A stretch of DNA of 18,021 nucleotides from an uncultured Chloroflexia bacterium (GCA_963833225.1 CAWHXD010000011.1:1-18021), one strand, 5' to 3'; counted from the first letter of the stretch, positions 1-8,084 are shown. Notes: generated from the letters alone by a model not told the origin. Translations and numbers: made by a program.

Positions 1-130
1 CGGATCGTACTCCAGCGAATAAACGTGCGCCTTGACACAAGCACAAATCTCTCCGCGGTGGCATGGGCGCGCAGGGAGGCGACACGGGCGGACAGGGGCC
101 GACGGTGACCCGTCGATCGGCGGGGCGCGG

Positions 131-136
131 TACGCT
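131..136 (+). promoter_or_regulatory. Putative -10 element (TACGCT) for the small ORF at 161
   Basis: TAnnnT hexamer 24 nt upstream of ATG161, with GGAGG at 152-156 in between. No clear -35. Confidence 0.35.
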
Positions 137-160
137 TGGCGTGCACCTCCCGGAGGAACG

Positions 161-361
161 ATGCCCGATACGTCCACGACCGGTGACGTCCGGCCGGCCG
201 AAACTCGCGAACAGCTCCTGGTCCAACATGACGATGCGCGGCGGCGGCGCAACGCTGCGGCGGTCGGCAGCCCCGAGTGGGAGCAGGCGTCCAGCGACGT
301 CGGCCGGATCGAGGTCGAGATCGCCCGGATCGAGCGGGCGATGGACCCGCCGAGGGTCTGA
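161..361 (+). CDS. Small hypothetical protein (66 aa), probable helical hairpin
   Basis: GGAGG SD at 152-156 before ATG161 inside ORF 32..361. MPDTSTTGDVRPAETREQLLVQHDDARRRRNAAAVGSPEWEQASSDVGRIEVEIARIERAMDPPRV has two amphipathic charged helices joined by a GSPEW turn, with GC-rich third codon positions. Confidence 0.65.
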   Translation: MPDTSTTGDVRPAETREQLLVQHDDARRRRNAAAVGSPEWEQASSDVGRIEVEIARIERAMDPPRV

Positions 362-427
362 CAAGGAGCCAGCCGCCGAGACCCGGGTCGCCTTCCCAAC
401 CCTGCGGGCCGCCCCTGCCGGCGGTCC

Positions 428-436
428 TGTTATCGT
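428..436 (+). promoter_or_regulatory. Extended -10 promoter (TGT-TATCGT) of a probably leaderless HNH transcript
   Basis: TGn + TAnnnT ends 7 nt before ATG444 and there is no SD. The same geometry recurs at 8072 and 8864. Confidence 0.55.
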
Positions 437-443
437 TCGGCCG

Positions 444-959
444 ATGGACGGCGTCGTGCTCGTGCTGAACCAGAACTACGAGCCGCTGAACGTGTGCAAC
501 ATCCCGCGGGCGTTCCGGCTGGTGTTCGGCTCCAAGGCCGAGGTGATCGAGTACAACCACGCCGAGATCCGGACGGTCCGGACCGTGTACAAGGCGCCAT
601 CGGTCATCCGCCTCCAGCACCACATCAAGCGCCCGCGCCCTCGCGTGAAGCTGACCCGGCGCGAGATCTTCAGCCGCGACCGGAACACCTGCCAGTATTG
701 CGGTCGCCAGTCGAACGACCTCACCCTGGATCACGTGCTGCCGCGCCATCGGGGTGGCGGTCACACCTGGGAGAACCTGGTCGCCGCGTGCAAGCCGTGC
801 AACCACCGCAAGGGCGGGCACACCCCCGAGGAGGCGCGCCTGCGACTGGTGCGGGCGCCGTTCGAGCCGCGCAGCGACCTGTACTCGCTGTTCACGCCGT
901 ACCTCGCCGACGCGCGCAACGAGGCCTGGAGGACATACCTGTTCCTCGGACGCAACTGA
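444..959 (+). CDS. HNH endonuclease family protein (McrA-like HNH with N-terminal VLVLNxxYEPL extension), 171 aa
   Basis: MDGVVLVLNQNYEPLNVC...PSVIRL...RREIFSRDRNTCQYCG...LTLDHVLPRHRGGGHTWENLVAACKPCNHRKG gives CxxC...DH...N...CxxCN, the zinc/HNH signature. The upstream part of ORF 63..959 is not protein-like. Confidence 0.92.
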   Translation: MDGVVLVLNQNYEPLNVCNIPRAFRLVFGSKAEVIEYNHAEIRTVRTVYKAPSVIRLQHHIKRPRPRVKLTRREIFSRDRNTCQYCGRQSNDLTLDHVLPRHRGGGHTWENLVAACKPCNHRKGGHTPEEARLRLVRAPFEPRSDLYSLFTPYLADARNEAWRTYLFLGRN

Positions 960-967
960 GCGGAGCC

Positions 968-2386
968 ATGGCAAACCCGGCCGGAGCGGCGTCGCGCCGC
1001 GGCCCGGACCTGAGCGATCGGCTCGAGCGGGCCATTCCCCCGGGTGTGCGTTCGCTCCTCGAGGAGCTTCATCGCTCCGGGAACGCCGCGTACCTGGTCG
1101 GTGGCTCGCTCCGGGACGTGATGATGGACCGCCGGCCCCTCGACTGGGACCTGGCCACCGATGCCCGACCCGATCGGCTGGTCGCCCTGCTCCATGATGC
1201 CGTGTACGAGAATCGATTCGGCACCGTCGCCGTTCGACGCGACGAGGGGGTGTTCGAGATCACGACCTTCCGGATTGAGCACGAGTACGCGGACTTCCGT
1301 CGACCTCATCGGGTGGAGTTCGGCGACGATGTCGTCGCGGACCTCGCCCGGCGCGACTTCACCATCAACGCGATGGCCTGGGGCCGCGCGGCCAGCCCGA
1401 ATGCTGACACGTACGAGCTGGTCGATCCGTTCGCGGGCCTCGACGATCTCGCGAGCCGGCGCCTGCGCGCCGTCGGCGATCCCGACGCACGGTTCCGAGA
1501 GGACGCCCTGCGCATGATCCGTGCCGTCCGACTTGCCGCCGTGCTCGAGCTCGAGATCGAGCCCGCCACGCTGGGCGCGATCTCGTCCAACGCGTCGCTC
1601 GTCGCTCACCTGTCCGGCGAGCGAATCGGTGGTGAGCTGGCCAAGCTGCTGGCCGCGCCACAACCGTCGATCGGGCTGCGGATCGCACAGCAGACCGGCG
1701 TGCTGGAGGTCCTCTCGCCCGAGCTCGCAGCGCAACGCGGGATCGCGCAGAACAAGGTGCCCGGCGAGGATCTCTGGGACCACACCCTGGGTACGGTCGA
1801 CGCGGCGCCCGCGGACCGGCCGGTCGTCAGGCTGGCGGCGCTCCTCCACGACATCGGCAAGCCGGCAACGCTCGCCGATGGCCGGTTCCATCACCACGAC
1901 GCGGTCGGGGCCCGTCAGGCCGACGCGCTCCTCCGACGCCTGCGCTACCCGCGGGCCGCAGCCGACGAGGTGACGCACCTCATCCGGCATCACATGTTCC
2001 CGATCGATCCCGACGCGACCGACGCCGCCGTCCGGCGGTTCATCAAGCGCGTCGGTCGGGAGCACGTCGACGCACTGTTCGAGCTCCGACGTGCCGATGA
2101 CATCGGAAGCGGGATGCCACCGGACGACCCGGATGTGCGCGCCCTCCGGACCCGCGTGGATGCGGAGATCGAGGCTGAGGCTGCCCTCGACCGGTATGCC
2201 CTGCGGATCGATGGCAACGACCTGATCCGCGAGCTCGGGCTGGAGCCGGGGCCCACGCTCGGGCGGATCCTCAACGCGCTGACGGACCAGGTCATCGCGG
2301 ACCCGGCGCTAAACGATCGGGGGTCGCTGCTGCTGCTCGCGCAGGGCATGCTCGCGGACGCGGACGCGGGGCCGGCGCCGTCATGA
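968..2386 (+). CDS. cca: Class II tRNA nucleotidyltransferase (CCA-adding type) with HD domain
   Basis: Motifs YLVGGSLRD..DWDLATDA, EITTFR, DLARRDFTINAMA, FREDALRMIRAVR and SGERI; HD domain WDHTL...LLHDIGKP; C-terminal IDGNDLIRELGLEPGPTLGRIL. GGAG precedes ATG968. Confidence 0.9.
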   Translation: MANPAGAASRRGPDLSDRLERAIPPGVRSLLEELHRSGNAAYLVGGSLRDVMMDRRPLDWDLATDARPDRLVALLHDAVYENRFGTVAVRRDEGVFEITTFRIEHEYADFRRPHRVEFGDDVVADLARRDFTINAMAWGRAASPNADTYELVDPFAGLDDLASRRLRAVGDPDARFREDALRMIRAVRLAAVLELEIEPATLGAISSNASLVAHLSGERIGGELAKLLAAPQPSIGLRIAQQTGVLEVLSPELAAQRGIAQNKVPGEDLWDHTLGTVDAAPADRPVVRLAALLHDIGKPATLADGRFHHHDAVGARQADALLRRLRYPRAAADEVTHLIRHHMFPIDPDATDAAVRRFIKRVGREHVDALFELRRADDIGSGMPPDDPDVRALRTRVDAEIEAEAALDRYALRIDGNDLIRELGLEPGPTLGRILNALTDQVIADPALNDRGSLLLLAQGMLADADAGPAPS

Positions 2387-3144
2387 TCGAGCTGCTGCTG
2401 CAGGCGGAGCGGGCGCTGTCCGTCGGTCTTGTCCACCAGGCCGAGGGGCTGTATCGCCAGGTCTCTGACGCCGATCCCCGGAACGCGATCGCCGTGGTCG
2501 GTCTGGCGCGGGTAGCGCTCGAACGCGCCGACGACGCGGAGGCCTACCGGCAGGCGCGGCGCGCGCTGTCGATCGATCCGGAGAACGTGGCGGCAATTCG
2601 GCTCGTGGCCCGGCTGGACGAGGTGTTTGCGTATCGTGGCCAGCCCCTGCCGAGCCTCGAGCCACCGGCCGGCCAGGGCCCACCCGTCCCACCGGACGCC
2701 GAACCCGCCACTCCGGTCGAACCCCGTCCTTCCGGAACGCCGTCGGCCACGGCGTCGGTGATGGCGGAGCCGGCGGGAGCAGCCCCGTTTCCCGCGCGCA
2801 CGGGCCCGGACCTCGAACCCGGTCTGGGACCGCCGGCAGGCAACGCGCCGGCGGGCGGCGAGGCACCATCCATCGGACCGCGACCAGCAGAACCGGGAGC
2901 ATCGGGGGCCGGTATCGCAGGTCCTGCCGCGAACCACCACCAGCCCGGGGCCACCACCACGCCAGGCGCCGGGTCCACGAACGCAGGGCGCGACACTCCC
3001 GGCACGTCCCCGCCGGCACCGTCCGTGCCAGGCCGAGTGACGGAGCCCGTGCCCTCCATGGCAACATCCGCTCTGCCGGCTCGGCCCGTCCCGCCACGCC
3101 GACGCAGCTTCATCGATCGGCTGCTTGGGAGGAATCGCACATGA
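2383..3144 (+). CDS. TPR-repeat protein with long Pro/Ala/Gly-rich disordered region and short amphipathic C-terminal tail
   Basis: About 85 N-terminal residues follow a TPR pattern (AEGLYRQVSDADPRNAIAVVGLARVAL; AYRQARRALSIDPENVAAI). ATGA overlaps with both cca and galE. Confidence 0.8.
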   Translation: MIELLLQAERALSVGLVHQAEGLYRQVSDADPRNAIAVVGLARVALERADDAEAYRQARRALSIDPENVAAIRLVARLDEVFAYRGQPLPSLEPPAGQGPPVPPDAEPATPVEPRPSGTPSATASVMAEPAGAAPFPARTGPDLEPGLGPPAGNAPAGGEAPSIGPRPAEPGASGAGIAGPAANHHQPGATTTPGAGSTNAGRDTPGTSPPAPSVPGRVTEPVPSMATSALPARPVPPRRRSFIDRLLGRNRT

Positions 3145-4157
3145 AGGTCCTCGTCACCGGCGGCGCCGGCTATGTCGGCGGCGTGTCCGTCGAGGCGATC
3201 CTCGCGGCCGGCCATGAGGTTGTCGTCCTCGACGACCTGTCCACCGGCCATCGTGAGATCCCTCACCCGGACGCGTCGCTCGTGGTGGGCTCGTACGGTG
3301 ACGAATCCGGCGTCCGTGACCTCCTCGAGCGGGCTGCCGTCGACGCGATCCTCCACTGCGGAGCGAGGTCACTGGTCGGGGAGAGCATCCAGGAGCCGGC
3401 GAGGTACTACCGGGAGAACGTGGCTGGAGGCATCGCGCTGCTCGAGGCTGCCCGGGCGGCCGGTGTCCGGCGCTTCGTGTTCTCGTCCACGGCCGCGGTG
3501 TACGGAACCCCCGACGCCACGCCCATTCGCGAGGACGCACCGCTGCGTCCGATCAACCCGTACGGCGAGACGAAGCGTACCTTCGAGGGTGCCCTTCGAT
3601 GGTACGGCGAGGCCTACGGCTTCCGGAGCATGATCCTCCGCTACTTCAACGTGGCCGGCGCGACGGAGCGGCTGGGCGAGGTCCACCGTCCCGAGACGCA
3701 CGTGATCCCGAACATGCTGATCGCCGCCGAAGGGGGACCGCCCCTCACCCTGTTCGGGAGCGACTATCCGACGCCCGATGGCACGCCGATCCGCGACTAC
3801 ATTCACGTCGCCGACCTGGCCGACGCGCATGTGGCCTCGCTGGAGGCAACGGCGCCGGGCGATCCTCGAACCGGACCCGTTGGCGGGGAGGCCGCGCTGC
3901 GGCCGCTCGTCTGCAACCTCGGCACGGCCTCCGGGTTCTCCGTCCGCGAGGTGCTCGCCGCCGGCGAACGGGTGGTCGGGCGGCCCATCCCGCATTCGGT
4001 CGGCCCGCGGCGAGCCGGTGACCCGCCGGTGCTGGTGGCGGCGAACGAGCGGGCCCGCGAGATCCTCGGCTGGACGCCTCGCCGGTCGACCCTCGACGAG
4101 ATGATCGGGTCCGCCTGGATCTGGCGGCGCGCCCACCCCGGCGGCTACGCGGACTGA
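3141..4157 (+). CDS. galE: UDP-glucose 4-epimerase
   Basis: MKVLVTGGAGYVG Rossmann motif, SLVGES, FSSTAAVYG, catalytic YGETK (YxxxK), LRYFNVAGA, DYPTPDGTPIRDYIHVADLADAH and RRAGDP. GGGAGG SD upstream. Confidence 0.96.
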   Translation: MKVLVTGGAGYVGGVSVEAILAAGHEVVVLDDLSTGHREIPHPDASLVVGSYGDESGVRDLLERAAVDAILHCGARSLVGESIQEPARYYRENVAGGIALLEAARAAGVRRFVFSSTAAVYGTPDATPIREDAPLRPINPYGETKRTFEGALRWYGEAYGFRSMILRYFNVAGATERLGEVHRPETHVIPNMLIAAEGGPPLTLFGSDYPTPDGTPIRDYIHVADLADAHVASLEATAPGDPRTGPVGGEAALRPLVCNLGTASGFSVREVLAAGERVVGRPIPHSVGPRRAGDPPVLVAANERAREILGWTPRRSTLDEMIGSAWIWRRAHPGGYAD

Positions 4158-4199
4158 ACCCGACCGGCGTCACGCTGCCGGGAGCGGCCGGTCGGATTC
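4156..4199. terminator. GC-rich hairpin between convergent galE and tadG-like genes; possible bidirectional terminator
   Basis: CCGACCGGC (4160-4168) pairs with GCCGGTCGG (4187-4195), with an inner CGCT/AGCG stem and outer GAA/TTC extension. No strong U-tract. Confidence 0.5.
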
Positions 4200-4212
4200 G
4201 CCCATCCGGCGG

Positions 4213-6366
4213 TCAGGGCACCACCAGGTGAACCGGGTTGCCCACGACCGAGACCTGCCAGGTGGTCGTATCGTTGCCGCCGCTGGTGACCGTGTACTGG
4301 ATCTGCCACCAGCCGCCCTGCCACAGCGAGCCCGACCCGTACGACGAAGAGAGTGGGATGCTGATGTGGAGCCAGGTGTTGTTCGTGGCCTGGGCGCTGT
4401 TGTAGGTGGTAACGAACTGGCTGACGCCGTTGTATGTGCCGCACGGGCTGGTCCCCGTTCGGTTCACGCAGTTCGAGTCCGTGGTGTAGTTGAAGTTGAC
4501 CGCGTGCGGCGTCCCGCCATCGGGGCTGAGAACCCGGAGGGTGCCGTTGCCGCTGATGTCGCCCGCGTCGAACAGGTCGATCTGCGCCGTCTTCCCCGCT
4601 CCTGTCGCCCGGTCGATCTTGGCCAGGTAGAACTGCTGGATCCCGCCGTTGCTCGCGTCGTAGGCGAGGTTGTTGTAGACGGTCATCCGGCCGTTGCCGT
4701 AGATCTGCGGCGTGCCGCCGCCCACGGCCTCGATCGCCCACATGTTCTCGGCGTTGGTGCCGTCGTTGATCGAAGAGTCCGCGCTGGCGTTAGGCGGATG
4801 CGTCTTTGACGTCTGGATCTGCAGGACATAGGTGCCGCCACCCAGGTTGCCGGTCGGCACCGTCCACCAGGCATTGTGGTTTGCGTCACAGCTGTCGGTT
4901 GCTCCGCCCGGTTGGCCCGTCGTGCCCGTGTTGGCAGGGTCGTAGCCCTTCTGGCTCTCGAACAATGCGCCGGACGTGTACACCTGTGTCCACGTGGTGG
5001 GCAGCCCGAGCTTCCCGTTCGTGTTCCACACGGTGTAGTAGGTGGAGACGGGCGTGCCGCTGCTCCCGATCCAGTGGTCGCCGACGCCCAGGGAACCGCT
5101 GGCGCCGTTGCCTCCCATCGCACAGAACCCCGGGTCGAACACCCTGACGGTCCCGCCGGACGGGAGCTGGACGACGTATTTGTAGCCCTGCGGGTCGTAG
5201 TTGGCGTTACCCGAGCCCCCATCGTTGGCCGTCGCGTAGGCGTCGCCGTTCCCCTGCTGGCCGCCCTTGGTGATGATCGCTCCCCAGTTGCCCTGGCTGT
5301 TCAGGAACGTGCCATCCGGGTCGGTCACGCCGCGCGTCGTCGTCAACGTGGTGTTCGTGCTGTCCGTGTGCGAGTAGACGGTCACGAGCAGCGTGTTCAG
5401 CGACAGGGTGCCGCACCCGGACCCCTTCAGGTAAGTCAGGCGCACCCGGAAACTGCCGTTGGCGAAGTTCCCGGCCGACCAGGTGTGGTTGCTGTCCCAG
5501 AGCCCGAGATCTGACGCCGAGCCCAGCGTGTAGTTGACGTTGTTCCCCGTCGTGAGGGTGCCGGTCTGCTGCGGCTGGTCGGTCCAGGCGTTGCTGTTTC
5601 CGTTGTTCCAGTTGAGCTCGGCCCGCACCTTGCAGTTGGAGCCCGTGTTGACCTTGGCGTTGAACGACACAACGACGCCGTCCAGTATGGAGCCGCTGAT
5701 GCTCGGGATACCGAGCTGGGTCCATTGCTGCTGCTGCCCGTTGCTGGAGGTCGTCGTGTATCTACTGGTGCCCGTCTGCCATCCGTAGTTGGGGTTGGAC
5801 CACGCGCCAGAGCTCGGGTTCGAGGTGTAGCTTGGACGCGAGACGTCCGTGTACCGGTCTGTCGAGTGTGTCACGGTGTTCACGGTGAAATCGCCAACAC
5901 CGTAGTAGGCGAGCGGGCTGCCCATGGGGACGGGCAGGACATAGACACCCTTGGCCGACCGGGTCACCGGGAACGAGGTGATCCCGACGACGCGCGCGAA
6001 GAACGCGGGCACGCTGGCGCTGATCGTCACGTCCAGCTGGCGCGGATCGCCGCTGTCCTGGACCGGCGTGACGGTCACGCCGCCGCCGTCCGTGTAGCCG
6101 TTCTCGGTTGCCGATACCCGCGCCTCCAAGTACGCCTTCGTGGTGTCACCCGGCAGGTAGACGGCACCGGCCAGGGCTGCGGCGTCGGCGGCCCGTTGGA
6201 CTTGCAGGGTGGAGACCCAGTAGAACGAGATGTCCACCACGATGGCGCAGAGCGCGACGAACAGCGTGATCGAGAGCGCGAAGATGACCGCGACCTGACC
6301 GCGGGACCGTACGCGTGTCCGGGACTTCGAGTGGTGGGCACGCCGCAGCTGTGTGATCGAGGGCAT
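4213..6366 (-). CDS. TadG-like (Flp/Tad minor pilin) large adhesin-like protein, 717 aa
   Basis: Basic leader, then RSRG|QVAVIFALSITLFVALCAIVVDISFYW...QRAADAAALAGAVYLP (Tad N-terminal domain) and LDVTISASVPAFFARVVG. Followed by about 570 aa of Gly/Asn/Thr/Ser-rich beta structure with paired Cys. No vWA DxSxS motif seen. Confidence 0.85.
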   Translation of the reverse strand: MPSITQLRRAHHSKSRTRVRSRGQVAVIFALSITLFVALCAIVVDISFYWVSTLQVQRAADAAALAGAVYLPGDTTKAYLEARVSATENGYTDGGGVTVTPVQDSGDPRQLDVTISASVPAFFARVVGITSFPVTRSAKGVYVLPVPMGSPLAYYGVGDFTVNTVTHSTDRYTDVSRPSYTSNPSSGAWSNPNYGWQTGTSRYTTTSSNGQQQQWTQLGIPSISGSILDGVVVSFNAKVNTGSNCKVRAELNWNNGNSNAWTDQPQQTGTLTTGNNVNYTLGSASDLGLWDSNHTWSAGNFANGSFRVRLTYLKGSGCGTLSLNTLLVTVYSHTDSTNTTLTTTRGVTDPDGTFLNSQGNWGAIITKGGQQGNGDAYATANDGGSGNANYDPQGYKYVVQLPSGGTVRVFDPGFCAMGGNGASGSLGVGDHWIGSSGTPVSTYYTVWNTNGKLGLPTTWTQVYTSGALFESQKGYDPANTGTTGQPGGATDSCDANHNAWWTVPTGNLGGGTYVLQIQTSKTHPPNASADSSINDGTNAENMWAIEAVGGGTPQIYGNGRMTVYNNLAYDASNGGIQQFYLAKIDRATGAGKTAQIDLFDAGDISGNGTLRVLSPDGGTPHAVNFNYTTDSNCVNRTGTSPCGTYNGVSQFVTTYNSAQATNNTWLHISIPLSSSYGSGSLWQGGWWQIQYTVTSGGNDTTTWQVSVVGNPVHLVVP

Positions 6367-6378
6367 TTGTCGTCCCTG

Positions 6379-7023
6379 CTAGTTGGTCGGGTTGAGGTTC
6401 ATGACGGTCTTGTCCGACATGGTCAGCGACGACCAGCTCGACCCCCCGAAGAAGCCGATGATCCCGCCGAGCCCCGTCTGGAACGGGTAGCGGTACGTGA
6501 GCGATACGCCGAGCGCATCGGCGTCGACTCCGTTGTTCCGGGTGCAGGGCGACCAGCCGGTTGATGTCTGCCTGAAGTCAAGGGCTCGGCCGTCCACGGT
6601 GGGCCCGCCGCCCACGTCCAGGGACCACACGTTGGCGTTGCCGGTCGGAGTTCCGTCGCTCCTATTGGCCCGGTACACCGTGATGGTGCCGATCCGCGTA
6701 ATGTCGATGGGCGAGCCCGGCGATTGCAGGACGCGTTCCACCGCCGCCACGATCGGTGCGTCGAAGTTCGGCGTGGTGCACGGATAGGCGACGGTCCCTT
6801 TGCCCAGGGACGAACCCGCGCGGGCGCCCTCGCGGGTGGCGTAGGCAAGGGTCTGGTCATGGGTGAACGCGATCCCGAACTCGAGCATCCCGAGCAGAAG
6901 GAGCATGAACAGCGGCACCAGCATCGCGAATTCGACCAGGCCCTGGCCCCGCTGTTCACCCCACGGATGCCGTCCGGCGCGCAAGCGAATCGAGAGCGGC
7001 CGCGCGGCCAGAAGCCAGCTCAC
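6379..7023 (-). CDS. tadE: TadE family minor pilin (pseudopilin), 214 aa
   Basis: EQRG|QGLVEFAMLVPLFMLLLLGMLEFG...AYATREGARAGS shows the prepilin cleavage Gly, Glu+5, a hydrophobic helix and REGAR. C-terminal GVSLTYRY. GTG start overlaps the upstream TGA (GTGA). Confidence 0.9.
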   Translation of the reverse strand: MSWLLAARPLSIRLRAGRHPWGEQRGQGLVEFAMLVPLFMLLLLGMLEFGIAFTHDQTLAYATREGARAGSSLGKGTVAYPCTTPNFDAPIVAAVERVLQSPGSPIDITRIGTITVYRANRSDGTPTGNANVWSLDVGGGPTVDGRALDFRQTSTGWSPCTRNNGVDADALGVSLTYRYPFQTGLGGIIGFFGGSSWSSLTMSDKTVMNLNPTN

Positions 7024-7655
7024 AGCACGGGCTCCATCCGCATGGCGTTGGACTGGGTCAGCGTCGTGCCGGATCCGCCGAGGGAGACGAGGTTCGCGAG
7101 CGGCGTGACCCAGGTGTGCCGGTACTCGATCTTCACGCCGATCGTGTCCACCGTGTCATGGCCAGGCGGACAGCCGGCCAGGACGTTGCAGCGAGTGTCC
7201 GCCGCGTAGGTCAGGTTCCCGGGATCCGCGGAGTACGGGACTGTCAGCACGCCGCCATCGAGCAGGGTGCAGGTCGTGGAGCCGGTCCGCGTGTAGATGT
7301 CCTCCTGCCCGCCATACACCGCCCCATTCCGGTCCGACCGGTAGATCACGACCTGGATGATCCGCGAGGGATCGGCGGGTGCGGTGACGTCGCTCTCGAT
7401 CTGCCGAAGGATGATGCAATCGGCGGCCGGGGAATTCCCGGCCTCAGCTGCGACCAGCGCCGCATCCCGTGTTGCATGCCCGATGGACAGAAGCGCATTG
7501 AACACGAACGAGAACTCGAGCAAGCCCATCATCATCGTGATCACGATCGGGAACACGAGGGCGAATTCGACCAGCGTCTGCCCACCCTGACGATGCCCGA
7601 GGCGCCCTCTGCCCGTCCCGCGGGAACGATGCGTAAGGCCGAAGGGACGGCTCAT
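7020..7655 (-). CDS. tadE: TadE family minor pilin (pseudopilin), 211 aa
   Basis: HRQGG|QTLVEFALVFPIVITMMMGLLEFS...ATRDAALVAA, and GVKIEYRHTWVTPL...AMRMEP. GGGAG SD (7666-7670 on -) before ATG7655. The longer ORF extension to 8531 overlaps the + strand gene and is not protein-like. Confidence 0.9.
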   Translation of the reverse strand: MSRPFGLTHRSRGTGRGRLGHRQGGQTLVEFALVFPIVITMMMGLLEFSFVFNALLSIGHATRDAALVAAEAGNSPAADCIILRQIESDVTAPADPSRIIQVVIYRSDRNGAVYGGQEDIYTRTGSTTCTLLDGGVLTVPYSADPGNLTYAADTRCNVLAGCPPGHDTVDTIGVKIEYRHTWVTPLANLVSLGGSGTTLTQSNAMRMEPVL

Positions 7656-8035
7656 CGGCGGCACGCTCCCTCTTGCACGATGGGTGCGCAGGACTGGGGC
7701 AGCTGCGCACGGGATCGATGTGACCGACATGGAGCTTGGCTCATGCGCGACCGTTTGCCTCTCGATGACACGCCAATCTTCGGACGTGACCCGCAACATA
7801 CGATTGCGTCCTTGAATGAGACCTTGCCGCGGTGCCGCCCGACACCGTACGTTCGTCACTGCGGGGTCATCCGAACGGGCCTCGACCGTGCAGTCGCCCT
7901 CTGCCGGTGGCCCCGCGAGGTCGCCGATCAGGCGGTCGGCGGCGCAGGCTGGCCGAGGTTGCGGATCGCGGGTTGACGCGACACCGCCACCTGCCGGGCG
8001 CGGTCCACGGCCGAGTCCCGCATCGAGACCCGAAG

Positions 8036-8064
8036 GCCCGTGCCCGTGCCCGTGCCCGTGCCCG
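8036..8064. repeat. Hexanucleotide tandem repeat (GCCCGT)x4 + GCCCG
   Basis: Read directly: gcccgt gcccgt gcccgt gcccgt gcccg, ending 7 nt upstream of the TAGCAT -10 box. Confidence 0.9.
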
Positions 8065-8071
8065 CTCGGGT

Positions 8072-8077
8072 TAGCAT
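8072..8077 (+). promoter_or_regulatory. -10 element (TAGCAT) of a probably leaderless transcript for the ligase-like gene
   Basis: TAnnnT followed by TCGGTCG and ATG8085. The spacer is nearly identical to that of the HNH gene (TCGGCCG-ATG). No SD. Confidence 0.55.
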
Positions 8078-8084
8078 TCGGTCG

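Noticed and set aside
32-37. Perfect TTGACA -35 hexamer and ACAAGCACAA repeat resembling an operator (e.g. NrdR box)
   Set aside because: No -10 at 16-18 bp spacing and no palindromic match to the NrdR consensus. It may belong to a divergent gene outside the window and cannot be evaluated.
444-959. HNH as part of a CRISPR, IscB, restriction or mobile system
   Set aside because: No RuvC motifs, repeat-spacer array, methyltransferase, terminal repeats or transposase in the window.
968-2386. Poly(A) polymerase (pcnB) assignment
   Set aside because: It lacks the PAP-specific G(R/K)RF-x-(L/I)-x-H signature and carries an HD domain typical of tRNA nucleotidyltransferases. CCA- vs A-adding specificity cannot be settled by eye.
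7720-7830. GGCAAAC and GGCAA...GGACGCAA on the - strand upstream of tadE, reminiscent of a c-di-GMP-I riboswitch
   Set aside because: No GNRA-capped P2 stem or tetraloop receptor could be built, and the motifs are in the wrong arrangement. An Rfam scan would be needed.
8040-8084. MPVPVPVP N-terminal extension of the ligase-like ORF
   Set aside because: It derives from the hexamer repeat. The -10 geometry supports ATG8085.
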